Source: a virus
Lineage: Duplodnaviria > Caudoviricetes
Strand: one strand, 5' to 3'
DNA length: 61,349 nucleotides
IMG/VR virus record: IMGVR_UViG_3300036785_000284
Span: 1-61,349 of that record
The notes under the pieces were generated by a model. That model did not search any database and was not told the origin of the DNA. It worked only from the letters and a program-made list of their open reading frames with translations. This document shows positions 26,995 to 36,602 of the stretch, piece after piece. The translations under genes were made by a program, and so were the position numbers. Each line of letters begins with the position of its first letter. Within the stretch, counting starts at the first letter, position 1.

Positions 26995-27864
26995 ATGTCC
27001 GCACTCTCCGAACGAGCCATCCTGACCACGTTGAACGTGAGCCAGTGGACCGCCCGCAAGCTCGACCGTCACGAGACCACCAGCCTCAACCGCCGCCACG
27101 GCTTGGCCGTCGAGGCCGCCCGGGTGAACAAGAACCTGCTTCCCTTCGGCACGGAGTTGCAGCAACTCCAGCAGGTCACCAGCGCCATCCGCAAGGCGTT
27201 CGACCAGCACACCCTGCCGTGGGGTATCGACGGGATGCGCATCCTCAAGTCCGACGCCTACATGGACTTCTCGCAGATGGCCCGCACGTGGCAGGACGAC
27301 TGGGAGCAGGCGCGCGACCGGTTCCTGGCCGCCTACCCGACGCTGAAGATCGAGGCGGCCAAGGTGCTTGGCCCGCTCTACGATGAGACCGACTACCCCC
27401 GAGGCCGCGACCTCGACCGGCTGTTCCGCTTCGACGTCCGCTTCATGCCGATCGCCGACGAGCGCGACTGGCGCATCGACGTGGGCGACGAGCAGCGCTC
27501 CCGGCTGGAGAACGACATCCGCTCCCGGTTGCAGGAGGTCGAGCAGGCTGCGATGGGCGAGGCGTGGGAACGCGTCCACGACGTGGTGTCGAAGACCGTC
27601 GAGCGACTGGCCGACCCGGCCGCCATCTTCCGCGACAGCTTGGTCAACAACGCCATCGACCTGTGCGGCATGCTGCCGTCGCTGAACCTGACCAACGACC
27701 CGGAGATGGAGGCGGTGCGGACCACCATCGAGCGGACGCTGGCCAAGTTCGCGAACAACGTCGACGCCCTGCGCCACGACCCCATCGAGCGCAACGACGC
27801 GGCTGGCAAGCTGGCCGAGGTGATGCGCAAGATGTCGGGCTACATCCCCCAGAAGGTGGCCTGA
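26995..27864 (+). CDS. DUF3150-like helical protein of the AAA/vWA module
   Basis: 'SQWTARKLD...HTLPW...DYP...FRDSLVNN'; lies between the AAA and vWA genes. Confidence 0.65.
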   Translation: MSALSERAILTTLNVSQWTARKLDRHETTSLNRRHGLAVEAARVNKNLLPFGTELQQLQQVTSAIRKAFDQHTLPWGIDGMRILKSDAYMDFSQMARTWQDDWEQARDRFLAAYPTLKIEAAKVLGPLYDETDYPRGRDLDRLFRFDVRFMPIADERDWRIDVGDEQRSRLENDIRSRLQEVEQAAMGEAWERVHDVVSKTVERLADPAAIFRDSLVNNAIDLCGMLPSLNLTNDPEMEAVRTTIERTLAKFANNVDALRHDPIERNDAAGKLAEVMRKMSGYIPQKVA

Positions 27865-27866
27865 CG

Positions 27867-28118
27867 ATGAACACGTGGACGGTGTACGGCCGGGTGAAGA
27901 CCGGCCTCACCCGGCAGGGTGTAGTGGAGTTCAGGGGACTTCACCTCGACCGTGCGCCGTCCCTGGAGATGGCCAACTCGCTGGTCGAGGACGCCATCCG
28001 TGAGTACCAAGAGCCGTGCGTGGAGTGCGTGATCGTCGAACTCCTCAACGGTGAGGACAAGTACGGGATGCGCCGCATCGTGCGACGCGTCTCCAACGCA
28101 AGGGCATGGTTCGAATAG
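27867..28118 (+). CDS. Hypothetical protein
   Basis: Fills the gap between module genes. Confidence 0.45.
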   Translation: MNTWTVYGRVKTGLTRQGVVEFRGLHLDRAPSLEMANSLVEDAIREYQEPCVECVIVELLNGEDKYGMRRIVRRVSNARAWFE

Positions 28119-28150
28119 TCGGACCCGCCGCATCAAACCCGAAGGACCCC

Positions 28151-29299
28151 ATGAGCACCGACCAACTCAAGCAGAAACTCTCCAGCGCCAAGACGGCGCT
28201 GGTCGTCGACAATCCGTTCGTTGCCTCCCTGCTCTGCTCCCTCAAGGTGAGTTGGGACGACAAGCTCGATCCGCCCACGATGGTCACCGACGGCCATACG
28301 CTGATCGTCTGCCCGGCGCACGTCGAGCGGCTGGACGCCCAGGAGCTACGCTGGGCGCTGGCCAACGTGACCATGCGTCTGGTGTTCACCCATCACCTCC
28401 GCTCTCGCATCGGGGCACGCAACCCGGTGAAGTGGGACATCGCCGCCGACATCGTGATCAACGCCATGCTGACCCACGAAAGCCGCGACGGGCGCTCCAC
28501 GGTCGGCCGTCGCTGGGGCAGCGCCATCCACGACCCGTCCCTTTACGAGCGGGGCCACAAGACCACTGAGGGGGTCTACGCCCTGCTGCCTGATCCGACC
28601 CCGGAGCAGGAGGAGAACCGTCAGGGCGTGATCATCTTCGACGGCAGCGAGGCGGAGATGAGCGAGGCCGAGGCGAGGATGCATGTCCGCATCGCTCAGG
28701 CCCGCGACGTGGCCCGTGCGGCGGGGAGCCTGAGCGACAACATGGCCCGCTTCGTCGGCGTCGAACTCACCCCGAGGATCAGGTGGCAGGATCAGCTGCG
28801 GGCGTTCTTCACCAAGCGCTCCGCGACGGAACTCTCGTGGGCTAGGCCCTCGCGACGCGGCATGGCGCAGGGCGTGCTGCGTCCCGGCAAGGATGGCCAG
28901 GGCATGGAGGAGATCGCCGTGGCCGTGGACCTCTCGGGGTCGGTGACCCCGGACGAGCTTCAGGAGTTCCTGACCGAGCTTCGCGCCATCAAGGTCGACT
29001 GCATGCCGAGCGTGACCCACGTCATCTACTTCGCCTCCAAGGTCACCCACTACGAGAGCTTCGGCATGGATGACGAGCTTCAGCTGAAGCCCAACGGCAC
29101 CGGAGGCACGGCGTTCTCGCCGATCTTCCGCTACCTGCGGGACCACGACATCGAGCCGGTGGCCGTGGTGGTGCTCACCGACCTCTACTGCCATGACTTC
29201 GGGCCGGTGCCCGCCTACCCGGTGCTGTGGGTGTCGACCGGCGCGCAGGGCCCGACGCCGTTTGGAGAAGTGCTCATGCTCCGGGAGGAGCAGCTTTGA
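28151..29299 (+). CDS. DUF2201-type metallopeptidase-like + vWA domain protein
   Basis: 'TMVTDG', 'WDIAADIVIN', 'SWARPSRR', MIDAS 'DLSGS', 'GGTAF', 'LTDL'. The HExxH motif is absent. Confidence 0.85.
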   Translation: MSTDQLKQKLSSAKTALVVDNPFVASLLCSLKVSWDDKLDPPTMVTDGHTLIVCPAHVERLDAQELRWALANVTMRLVFTHHLRSRIGARNPVKWDIAADIVINAMLTHESRDGRSTVGRRWGSAIHDPSLYERGHKTTEGVYALLPDPTPEQEENRQGVIIFDGSEAEMSEAEARMHVRIAQARDVARAAGSLSDNMARFVGVELTPRIRWQDQLRAFFTKRSATELSWARPSRRGMAQGVLRPGKDGQGMEEIAVAVDLSGSVTPDELQEFLTELRAIKVDCMPSVTHVIYFASKVTHYESFGMDDELQLKPNGTGGTAFSPIFRYLRDHDIEPVAVVVLTDLYCHDFGPVPAYPVLWVSTGAQGPTPFGEVLMLREEQL

Positions 29300-29556
29300 G
29301 CCACCCGGTCGACTACGTGAAGCACGAGACCCTGATCGTCGTCGACGACAAGGGTCGGCGCAACGTGCGCTGCTGGGCGCTCTACGACGAGAACGATGGC
29401 CTCGTCGGCCGGGCCTACCCGCCCGGCGTCGAGGGCCCGGACTGGACGTTCACCGATCGGAGCGGCGGCTGGGTGGTGATCCCATCGCCGGTCACCATGA
29501 CCCGGCTGTGCCAGCTGATGGTCGAGGCCCGGTTGCTGGGGGAGCCTGACGAATGA
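29296..29556 (+). CDS. Hypothetical protein
   Basis: TTG start with GGAGGAG RBS. Confidence 0.5.
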   Translation: MSHPVDYVKHETLIVVDDKGRRNVRCWALYDENDGLVGRAYPPGVEGPDWTFTDRSGGWVVIPSPVTMTRLCQLMVEARLLGEPDE

Positions 29557-30668
29557 GCCGCCACTCCGACTTCATGATGGAGACGCGTCCATACGGAGGC
29601 GGCTACACCAACTTCGTCGGCATCAAGTGCGGCTGGTGCGACACCGAGAGTTGGCACCCGGCGCGCAACGGCGGCTGGGCGATGCGCATCTTCCGGGCCA
29701 CCGGCTGGAAGGTCGGCTCCAAGCCGCACCAGCACAGGTGCCCGGTGTGTTTCGGCAAGGCGCGCTTCGCCCGACGCAAGGTCGACAACCCGGCAATCCC
29801 GCCGGAGATCGGCAAGAAACTGAAGGAGCAGATCATCGCATCCCACCTGAAGGACGACCTCATGAACTCGTCCACCATCGCAACCAGCGCGGAGGTCTAT
29901 CACGGCCCGCTGGAGGCCACGTTGGCGATGGCTGACCCATCACCCCCGACGGAGCCCAAAGCGGCCCCAGCGGCCGCCCCTGCCCCGCCAGTGGTCCTTC
30001 GGGCCAGGAAGGGCGGGGCGGCCATGACGCCGGGCAGGACGCTGTTCAATCGCAAGGAGAACGCCAAGCGATCGGGCGAGACCTACACCGGCAGCGTGGA
30101 CGGCAACGCTTTCTACGTCGTGCCGCTCGCCGACGGTTGGACATGGAAGTGGGCCGCCGACGTCACATCCGACGAGAAGTTCGCTTGGCAGGCGAACCGC
30201 ACCGGGCGGGGCGCACCCCGCACGCATACCAGCAAGGAGAAGAAACCCATGGCCGCCACGGTCACCCCCATTCGAAAGGACCCCATGCCCACCCCCCTAG
30301 AACAAGCTAACCAAATCGTCTCCGGCGTGAAGGCCGCGCCCGCCCCCAACCCCTCGCGTGAGCAGCGTGGTCAAATCCACGACGAGCTAACCAAGGTGTA
30401 CGACAACGTCGCGGAGCGATACCTCGGCGGCGACAGTGACAAGGTGGTCGGCGAACGCCTCGACCTACCCCGAGCCTGGGTCACCGAGGTGCGCGCCATG
30501 TTCTTCGGCGAGCACGACCGCAACCAGAACATGGAGAAGCAGATCGGCGCGCTCGACGCGGCCATCAAGCTGGCCAAGACTGCCGCCACCCGGCTGCTGG
30601 AGATGGCCAGCGAGGCCGATACTCTTGAACGCGCCCTTGTCGAAGCGCGCAAGAAACTGGAGGGCTGA
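29553..30668 (+). CDS. Hypothetical multi-domain protein (N-terminal Zn-binding, C-terminal HTH-like and coiled coil)
   Basis: CGWC...CPVC; 'SDKVVGERLDLPRAWVTEVR'; possible internal start at 30249 with AAGGAG. Confidence 0.65.
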   Translation: MSRHSDFMMETRPYGGGYTNFVGIKCGWCDTESWHPARNGGWAMRIFRATGWKVGSKPHQHRCPVCFGKARFARRKVDNPAIPPEIGKKLKEQIIASHLKDDLMNSSTIATSAEVYHGPLEATLAMADPSPPTEPKAAPAAAPAPPVVLRARKGGAAMTPGRTLFNRKENAKRSGETYTGSVDGNAFYVVPLADGWTWKWAADVTSDEKFAWQANRTGRGAPRTHTSKEKKPMAATVTPIRKDPMPTPLEQANQIVSGVKAAPAPNPSREQRGQIHDELTKVYDNVAERYLGGDSDKVVGERLDLPRAWVTEVRAMFFGEHDRNQNMEKQIGALDAAIKLAKTAATRLLEMASEADTLERALVEARKKLEG

Positions 30669-30671
30669 GCG

Positions 30672-31190
30672 ATGGGCGCAGATATTCATCTCGTGCTGGA
30701 GAAGCGGATGACGATCCCTGGCACGCAGACCGTGGCGTGGGTGGGGGTGAACGCGTTCCCCTATGTGAAGGGAACGATCTACGACTTCTCCCAGCGCCAC
30801 AGGACCCCGGACGCCCCGGTCAGGGACGCCGAGGGCCGCGTCCACTGGCATGCGAACAACCGCAACTACGAACTGTTCGCCGCCATGGCCGGGGTGCGCG
30901 GCGACGGGCCGGAGCCGAGGGGTATCCCCAACGACGTCTCAGTGCTGGCCCTGCACATGATCGAGGGCTGGGGCGAGGACGGCCACTCACACACATGGAT
31001 GCTGATGGACGAGGCGCTGCCGGTGTTCATCACCACCGGCCAGTTCGGCTCACTGTCGAAGACGGTGATCGAGGCGATGCGCACCGGCAGCATCGAGGAC
31101 GCGCTCTTGCCCTACATGGAGCACTTCTGGAACGTGAGCGAGGAGGACAGCCTGTCCGACTTCCGGCTGATCATGTGGTTCGATAACTGA
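30672..31190 (+). CDS. Conserved phage protein (MGxDIH...RNY..FA...WFDN type)
   Basis: Motifs widespread in phage hypothetical proteins. Confidence 0.75.
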   Translation: MGADIHLVLEKRMTIPGTQTVAWVGVNAFPYVKGTIYDFSQRHRTPDAPVRDAEGRVHWHANNRNYELFAAMAGVRGDGPEPRGIPNDVSVLALHMIEGWGEDGHSHTWMLMDEALPVFITTGQFGSLSKTVIEAMRTGSIEDALLPYMEHFWNVSEEDSLSDFRLIMWFDN

Positions 31191-31191
31191 G

Positions 31192-31530
31192 ATGTTCATG
31201 GTCAAGCTGCACAAGCCGTACCGGGGCAACGTCGACGTGGTGATGATCCGTGGCGACCTGATCCTTGAAGTGAGCACGCGTCGTCAGACCAAGAAGGACG
31301 AGCAGTACGCTGCGCCGGACGCGACGCCGCCCGAGCCCGGCACGGTCATCGGCTGCTGGGTGTTGCTCGACAGGCTGGGCTGGTCGCCTTGCCTGGAGAC
31401 CCCGGATGAAGTCGCCCTGGCGATGGCCGATGGCGAGGCGCTGTGGCGCGTCCGCCTTGAAGCCGTGCGGGCTGCACGCGATACTCCCTCCCTCCCGCAG
31501 GGTAGGGAGCATGAGGGTCCAGCGACCTAG
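31192..31530 (+). CDS. Hypothetical protein
   Basis: Packed ORF. Confidence 0.5.
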   Translation: MFMVKLHKPYRGNVDVVMIRGDLILEVSTRRQTKKDEQYAAPDATPPEPGTVIGCWVLLDRLGWSPCLETPDEVALAMADGEALWRVRLEAVRAARDTPSLPQGREHEGPAT

Positions 31531-31638
31531 ATCGCTGGCGGTAAGCCGTGAGAGCCGACACATCCGCGACAGCGCGCACCGTCCCTTCGGCGGGGAACGC
31601 GCCGCCCGGGGGAGCGATATCCCCCACCCCCTCTGCTC

Positions 31639-31655
31639 GATTGCATCGTGCAATC
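31639..31655. repeat. 17-bp palindromic element, copy 10 (variant)
   Basis: GATTGCATCGTGCAATC. Confidence 0.85.
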
Positions 31656-31676
31656 ACCAACCGAAGGACCCACCTC

Positions 31677-31937
31677 ATGAACGTCGACCTCAACGAGTAC
31701 GCGGAAGCCCTGGACCAGCTGGACCACGAGGCGCTGAACCGCCCGCTGGATGACCCGATCACCGAGGGCGCGGTGCTGGCGCTCTGCCATCTGGTCGACG
31801 ACTGCGTCACCCAGACCGACGTCACCGCCCTGCATGCCTGGGCCGTGCGGCTGCGCGTGCAAGAGGGTTGGAGCGACGCCGAGCTTGTGTCCACTCTGGC
31901 CATCGCCGACGCTGCGGCGGCCTCGCTGCTCAAATGA
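31677..31937 (+). CDS. Acidic hypothetical protein
   Basis: CCGAAGGACCC RBS; coupled to polA. Confidence 0.6.
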   Translation: MNVDLNEYAEALDQLDHEALNRPLDDPITEGAVLALCHLVDDCVTQTDVTALHAWAVRLRVQEGWSDAELVSTLAIADAAAASLLK

Positions 31938-33862
31938 TCAACCCGCTGACCGTCACCGCGTTCGACGTCGAGACCGGCGGCGACGAAGACCTGTTCGCCT
32001 TGCAGCCGTTCCGCATGCGGCAAGGTCATGCGTGGCTGAACAGCGCCGCCATCGCCAGCTTCGATCCTCGCGGGATGATCTTCTCCGAGAGCATCCGCGA
32101 GCCGACCCCGGAGGAACTGGCCGACTGGCTGGACACCGTGGCGGGCCAGTACGTGGTCTGCTGGAACTCGTCCTTCGACATCGCGTGGCTGCTGGTGCTC
32201 GACGAACTGCACCCCGAGTTGGGGATCAGGGCCAAGGTGTTCGCTGTCTTCTGGCTGGACGGCATGCTGCTGTACCGGCACTTCCTCAACGCCCCGCGCT
32301 ACAAGGAGCAGGGGCGAGAAAGCGTCGGCCTCAAGGAAGCGGTGGGGAAATTCTTTCCCTCTGAGGCGGGCTACGAGGAAGGAATTAACTACGCTCCGAC
32401 GACCCCCGAGGAGTGGATCAAGCTGCTCGACTACAACGAGCGCGACTGCAAGTTCACCCTGCGCATTCTCACCCATCTGGTCAGGACGCTGCCGGAACGC
32501 ATCCTGCGGTGTGCGGTCTTGGAGGCGCGCTGTCTGCCGCTGGTGGCCGACGCCAAAGTCCAAGGGCTCAAGATCAACCGTGAGCGTGCAGAGGTGTTGG
32601 GCGTCGACCTGCGGGTCAAGCGCGACGCGGCGATGGTGCAGCTGGCCCTCCAAGAGGGCATGCTTGAGTGGCAGAAGATCATCGCCTCGCCCAAGCAGCT
32701 ACGCGAACTGCTCTACGAACAGTGGGGCCTGACGATCCCACACTTCACCGACACCGGAGCGGCCTCGACGGACAAGGAAGCCCTGGCCATCCTCGGCGTG
32801 GCCGATCCCCGGGCCAACCTGATCTACACCGTGCGCGAGTGCCAGACCCGGGTGACAAAATTCGCCGACGGGGCGATCAACAGCCTCGCCTACAACGGCG
32901 ACGGCTACGTGCGGCCGGACTTCCGGGTGTTCGGCACCTACACCGGACGCGGCACCTACTCGTCCAAGGTCGGCAAGGGAAAGGCCGAGCAGCCGAGCGG
33001 CATCGCCATCCACCAGTGGGTCAACGACCCAGAGTACCGGGGGCTGATCGAGGTCGACGAGGACAGCGAACTGATCGAGGCGGACTTCGCCGGTCAGGAG
33101 TTCCGCTGGATGGCCGTCGAGAGCGACGACCCGGTGATGCTCGACTTGTGCCAGCCCGGCCAGGACGCGCACGCCTACATGGGCCACCGCATCCAGCCGG
33201 AGCTTGAGTACGACTGGATCGCCCAGCACCGCGACGACGACCCGACAGCCAAGGCCGCCCGCAAGATGGGCAAGGTCGGCAACCTGTCGGCGCAGTATCG
33301 CACTGGCTGGCTGACGCTGCGCAAGATCGCCGCCGTGCAGCACGGCGTGAAGCTCGACGCCAGCGAGGCGGAGCGGATCATCGTCACCTACCGCAAGACC
33401 TACCGACGCGTGCCCAAGTACTGGGCCCGGCAAATCCAGTTCGCCCGCGTTAACGGCTACGTCGAGACCCTGGCCGGTCGGCGGGTCAACCTGGGGGACT
33501 ACCGCACGTGGCGACGCGTCGATGAGGAGAAAGGGATGATCGACGAAATCTGGCCGCACGAGAGCACGGCCATCAACTTCCCCATCCAGGGGGTCGGGGC
33601 CGACCAGAAGTACCTCGCCCTGCTGGTGGCCCGGAATTACCTGCCGACCGTGGGCGGACGCTTCCTCATGGAGCTACACGATGGCATGTTCTTCCGGGTG
33701 CCCAAGGGGACCGGGGAGAAAGCTGCCAGGGAGATCAGGCAACTGCTCTCGAACCTGCCCTACAAGAGAGCTTGGGACCTGAGGACGGACCTGCCGATCC
33801 ACTTCCCGGTCGACGTGAAACGAGGCCCCCACTGGGGCGCATTGAAGGAGCTTGCACACTGA
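31934..33862 (+). CDS. polA: Family A DNA polymerase with 3'-5' exonuclease
   Basis: Exonuclease motifs FDVET / WNSSFD / YNERD; motif A DFAGQEFR; motif B RKMGKVGNLSAQY; motif C LHDG. Confidence 0.93.
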   Translation: MINPLTVTAFDVETGGDEDLFALQPFRMRQGHAWLNSAAIASFDPRGMIFSESIREPTPEELADWLDTVAGQYVVCWNSSFDIAWLLVLDELHPELGIRAKVFAVFWLDGMLLYRHFLNAPRYKEQGRESVGLKEAVGKFFPSEAGYEEGINYAPTTPEEWIKLLDYNERDCKFTLRILTHLVRTLPERILRCAVLEARCLPLVADAKVQGLKINRERAEVLGVDLRVKRDAAMVQLALQEGMLEWQKIIASPKQLRELLYEQWGLTIPHFTDTGAASTDKEALAILGVADPRANLIYTVRECQTRVTKFADGAINSLAYNGDGYVRPDFRVFGTYTGRGTYSSKVGKGKAEQPSGIAIHQWVNDPEYRGLIEVDEDSELIEADFAGQEFRWMAVESDDPVMLDLCQPGQDAHAYMGHRIQPELEYDWIAQHRDDDPTAKAARKMGKVGNLSAQYRTGWLTLRKIAAVQHGVKLDASEAERIIVTYRKTYRRVPKYWARQIQFARVNGYVETLAGRRVNLGDYRTWRRVDEEKGMIDEIWPHESTAINFPIQGVGADQKYLALLVARNYLPTVGGRFLMELHDGMFFRVPKGTGEKAAREIRQLLSNLPYKRAWDLRTDLPIHFPVDVKRGPHWGALKELAH

Positions 33863-34059
33863 TGGTCACCCTGATCACCCGGCCAATTCCGCCGCCACCG
33901 TTCCTCGGCAAGACCGGCGCCGAACGCGCGGCCGCTCGCGCCACATGGCTGGCCAACAGGAACGGCGAGCCGAAGCCGACGCTGGAGACCCGGCAGAACT
34001 TCCGCGCCACCATGCGCAAGGCCCACAAGCTGGCCCGCAGGCAGGGAAAGAAAGCGTGA
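33862..34059 (+). CDS. Small basic protein
   Basis: TGATG coupling; AAGGAG RBS. Confidence 0.5.
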   Translation: MVTLITRPIPPPPFLGKTGAERAAARATWLANRNGEPKPTLETRQNFRATMRKAHKLARRQGKKA

Positions 34060-34568
34060 CCGTCATCGCCTACGACGGGCGCTACGTCGCCGCCGACCGC
34101 CGCGTCACCACCGACAGCGGCATGATCGGCGTGTCATGCAAGCTGGACATCCACGAGCAACAGGTGCTGACCACCTGTGGTCCGTCCGATCACGGCGAGG
34201 CGCTGGTCATCTGGTTCAAGGACGGCAAGAACCCGGCGGCCTTCCCGTTCCCGAAGCACGGCGAGCGGGAGGCGTACCTCTACGTGTTCGGCAAGGACCA
34301 GCCGGTGATGTGCTTCCAGACGTGGCCCGCGCCGGTGCTGTTCGCGATGCGCGAGTTCGCCGCAGGCACCGGAGGTGACGTCGCCCGCACCGCTTTGCAC
34401 CTTGGCCGTGACGCCCGCGAAGCTGTACGGTTGGCCAACGAACTGAACTGCTACTGCGGTGGCGGGGTCGACTATATCGACCTGCACGAACTGGCCACCA
34501 CCGGCAAGGCGCATATCCGCAACTACTTCTCAGCCCACATGGACGACCAACAGAGAGAACCCGCATGA
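34056..34568 (+). CDS. Ntn-hydrolase / HslV-like peptidase
   Basis: (M)TVIAYDGRYVAADRRVT...AGTGG...AREAV; Thr would be exposed after Met removal. Confidence 0.7.
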   Translation: MTVIAYDGRYVAADRRVTTDSGMIGVSCKLDIHEQQVLTTCGPSDHGEALVIWFKDGKNPAAFPFPKHGEREAYLYVFGKDQPVMCFQTWPAPVLFAMREFAAGTGGDVARTALHLGRDAREAVRLANELNCYCGGGVDYIDLHELATTGKAHIRNYFSAHMDDQQREPA

Positions 34569-35107
34569 ACGCCCACGCCACCTTCGACACCGACGACCCC
34601 ATCACCGAGGCGGTGAACCTGCTGATCGAGGCCGAGAACTACAGCACCCTGGCCCAGGAGATGACCCGCGCCATCGAGCGCCCGGTCATGCGGGTAGCCT
34701 ACGTTGACGAGCACGCCTGCTTCAACGCCCTGGTCGACCTCGGCGAGACCGACCGCAACGCGTTCGAGCGTCTGCTGAAGCTGATCGACGCCAAGCGGCA
34801 GGAGAACCCGAAGACCGCCAAGCGCGACTACCAACGCGACATCATGCGCGACCGGCGCAAGCGCATGGCCAAGGCGATCCTGCTGCACGAGGCGCGCTCC
34901 GGCCCGTTAAGGGGGACGGCGCGGGCTGCTGAGATGACGGCGATCCGTGCGCGCTGGACACGCGCCAAGGCGCAGTTCATCGTTGATCGGCAATCGTCGT
35001 CGTCGGTGAACGAACGGCTACAGGCCACCCGGGACTTCTGGGAGATGGTCGACCGGCAACTGGACGCCAACCTCGCCAACGTGCACCGCACCTCTGCGGT
35101 GGTCTAG
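34565..35107 (+). CDS. Hypothetical helical protein
   Basis: Coupled ORF containing 'KRDYQRDIMRDRRKR'. Confidence 0.65.
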   Translation: MNAHATFDTDDPITEAVNLLIEAENYSTLAQEMTRAIERPVMRVAYVDEHACFNALVDLGETDRNAFERLLKLIDAKRQENPKTAKRDYQRDIMRDRRKRMAKAILLHEARSGPLRGTARAAEMTAIRARWTRAKAQFIVDRQSSSSVNERLQATRDFWEMVDRQLDANLANVHRTSAVV

Positions 35108-35115
35108 GAGGGCTC

Positions 35116-35304
35116 GTGGATCATCACCCAGAGATGAAGCTGGAAGACGTGGCCCAGGCGATGCGGGTGGCGCTCAACGAGTACGATGAGCCCGGCACCC
35201 ACGTGACCGCCTGGGCTGACGCCGCCCCCGGCAAGCGCGAGGCGTGGCTGGTCTGCGCCCGCGCCGCCTTCAAAGCCATCTTCGGCACGGAGTACCCCCA
35301 ATGA
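35116..35304 (+). CDS. Hypothetical protein
   Basis: AGGAGG RBS. Confidence 0.5.
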   Translation: MDHHPEMKLEDVAQAMRVALNEYDEPGTHVTAWADAAPGKREAWLVCARAAFKAIFGTEYPQ

Positions 35305-35987
35305 TCGCTTGGTCGCACTCGGTGCTGGAGGGGTTCGAGACCTGTCAATGGCGGTACTACCTGACCAAGGTGACCAAGGAAGTCAGTGACCCGCCGGGCG
35401 AGGCCATGCTCAACGGGAGACGCGTCCACAAATCCATGGAAGACCGGCTGAAGCATGGGGTCGTGCTGCCACCCAACCTCGCCAAGCACGAGCCGATCGT
35501 GCAGCGGCTGGAGCAACTGGCGGTCGGCGGCAAGCTGGAGGCCGAGACCCAGATGGCGCTCAACCAGAACTACCGGGTCGTGCCGTGGTTCGGGAAGGGT
35601 GTGAACTCGCCATGGGTCAGGGCGATCACGGACGTTAGTGTATTTAAGAAAACGAAAGCGTTCGTGGGTGACTGGAAGACCGGCAAGCGAAAAGAGGAAG
35701 CCACCACCCAGTTGAAGCTGAGCGCGGTGGTGCTGTTCGCCACACATCCCTGGCTGCAGGAGATCAGGAACAGCTTCATCTGGCTGGACCACCCGAACCC
35801 GAAGGAAAGGTTTACGACCGAGACGTTCCACCGCCAGCAGTCGGCCGAAATCTGGCTGGAGTTCCTGCCACGTGTCGCCCGGCTGGAGGCGGCCCATCGA
35901 AACAACCAGTGGCCCAAGCGGCCATCTGGTCTCTGCAAGGCGCACTGTCCGGTTCCCCGGGCCAAGTGTGAACATTCCGGCATTTAG
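35301..35987 (+). CDS. PD-(D/E)XK (Cas4-like) exonuclease
   Basis: 'WSHSVLEGFETC...G.RVH...DWKTGK...QL...GLCKAHCPV..C'. Confidence 0.85.
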   Translation: MIAWSHSVLEGFETCQWRYYLTKVTKEVSDPPGEAMLNGRRVHKSMEDRLKHGVVLPPNLAKHEPIVQRLEQLAVGGKLEAETQMALNQNYRVVPWFGKGVNSPWVRAITDVSVFKKTKAFVGDWKTGKRKEEATTQLKLSAVVLFATHPWLQEIRNSFIWLDHPNPKERFTTETFHRQQSAEIWLEFLPRVARLEAAHRNNQWPKRPSGLCKAHCPVPRAKCEHSGI

Positions 35988-35999
35988 AAAGGATACCTC

Positions 36000-36602
36000 G
36001 TGCATATCATGATCGACCTAGAGACGTTGGGCACCGACCCGGCGGACGCTCCCATCATCCAGATCGCCGCCGTGGCGTTCGAACTGGGTGAGGACGGCCC
36101 CAACATGGACATCGAACCCCTGCGTGTCCTCGTCGACGCGCCCTCGTGCCTGGAGCATCCGTTCCACCGCGTCATCAGCCCGGACACCGTGGCGTGGTGG
36201 GCTGACACCGACCCGGAACTGCTGGTGCAGTTGATGCGTGACCGCTCGCGCACGCCGCTGGCCGAGGCGCTGGCCGAACTCGGTCTGTGGATCATGAAGA
36301 CTGACGACGGCATCGAGGGCGTCTGGGGCAACGGGGCAACGTTCGACATCTCCATGCTGGAGGCGGCCTACAAGCAGGCTGGCCTGCGGACGCCGTGGCA
36401 TTTCCGAACGATCCGCGACGTGCGCACCATGGCCATGATCGCTGGTGACGACGACCGCTGCTTCAACGGCGGCACGGTCACCCTCATCGAGGCGCGGGGG
36501 ACCAAGCACGACGCCCTCGTGGACTGCCTGCGGCAGGTCCGCATGGTGCAGCAGACGTGGATGCTGCGCGTGAACCACAAGGAGTTGGTCCATGGGGCCT
36601 GA
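36000..36602 (+). CDS. DEDDh 3'-5' exonuclease (Rv2179c-like)
   Basis: 'MIDLETLG', 'WGNGATFD', 'RDVRT', 'HDALVD'. Confidence 0.88.
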   Translation: MHIMIDLETLGTDPADAPIIQIAAVAFELGEDGPNMDIEPLRVLVDAPSCLEHPFHRVISPDTVAWWADTDPELLVQLMRDRSRTPLAEALAELGLWIMKTDDGIEGVWGNGATFDISMLEAAYKQAGLRTPWHFRTIRDVRTMAMIAGDDDRCFNGGTVTLIEARGTKHDALVDCLRQVRMVQQTWMLRVNHKELVHGA

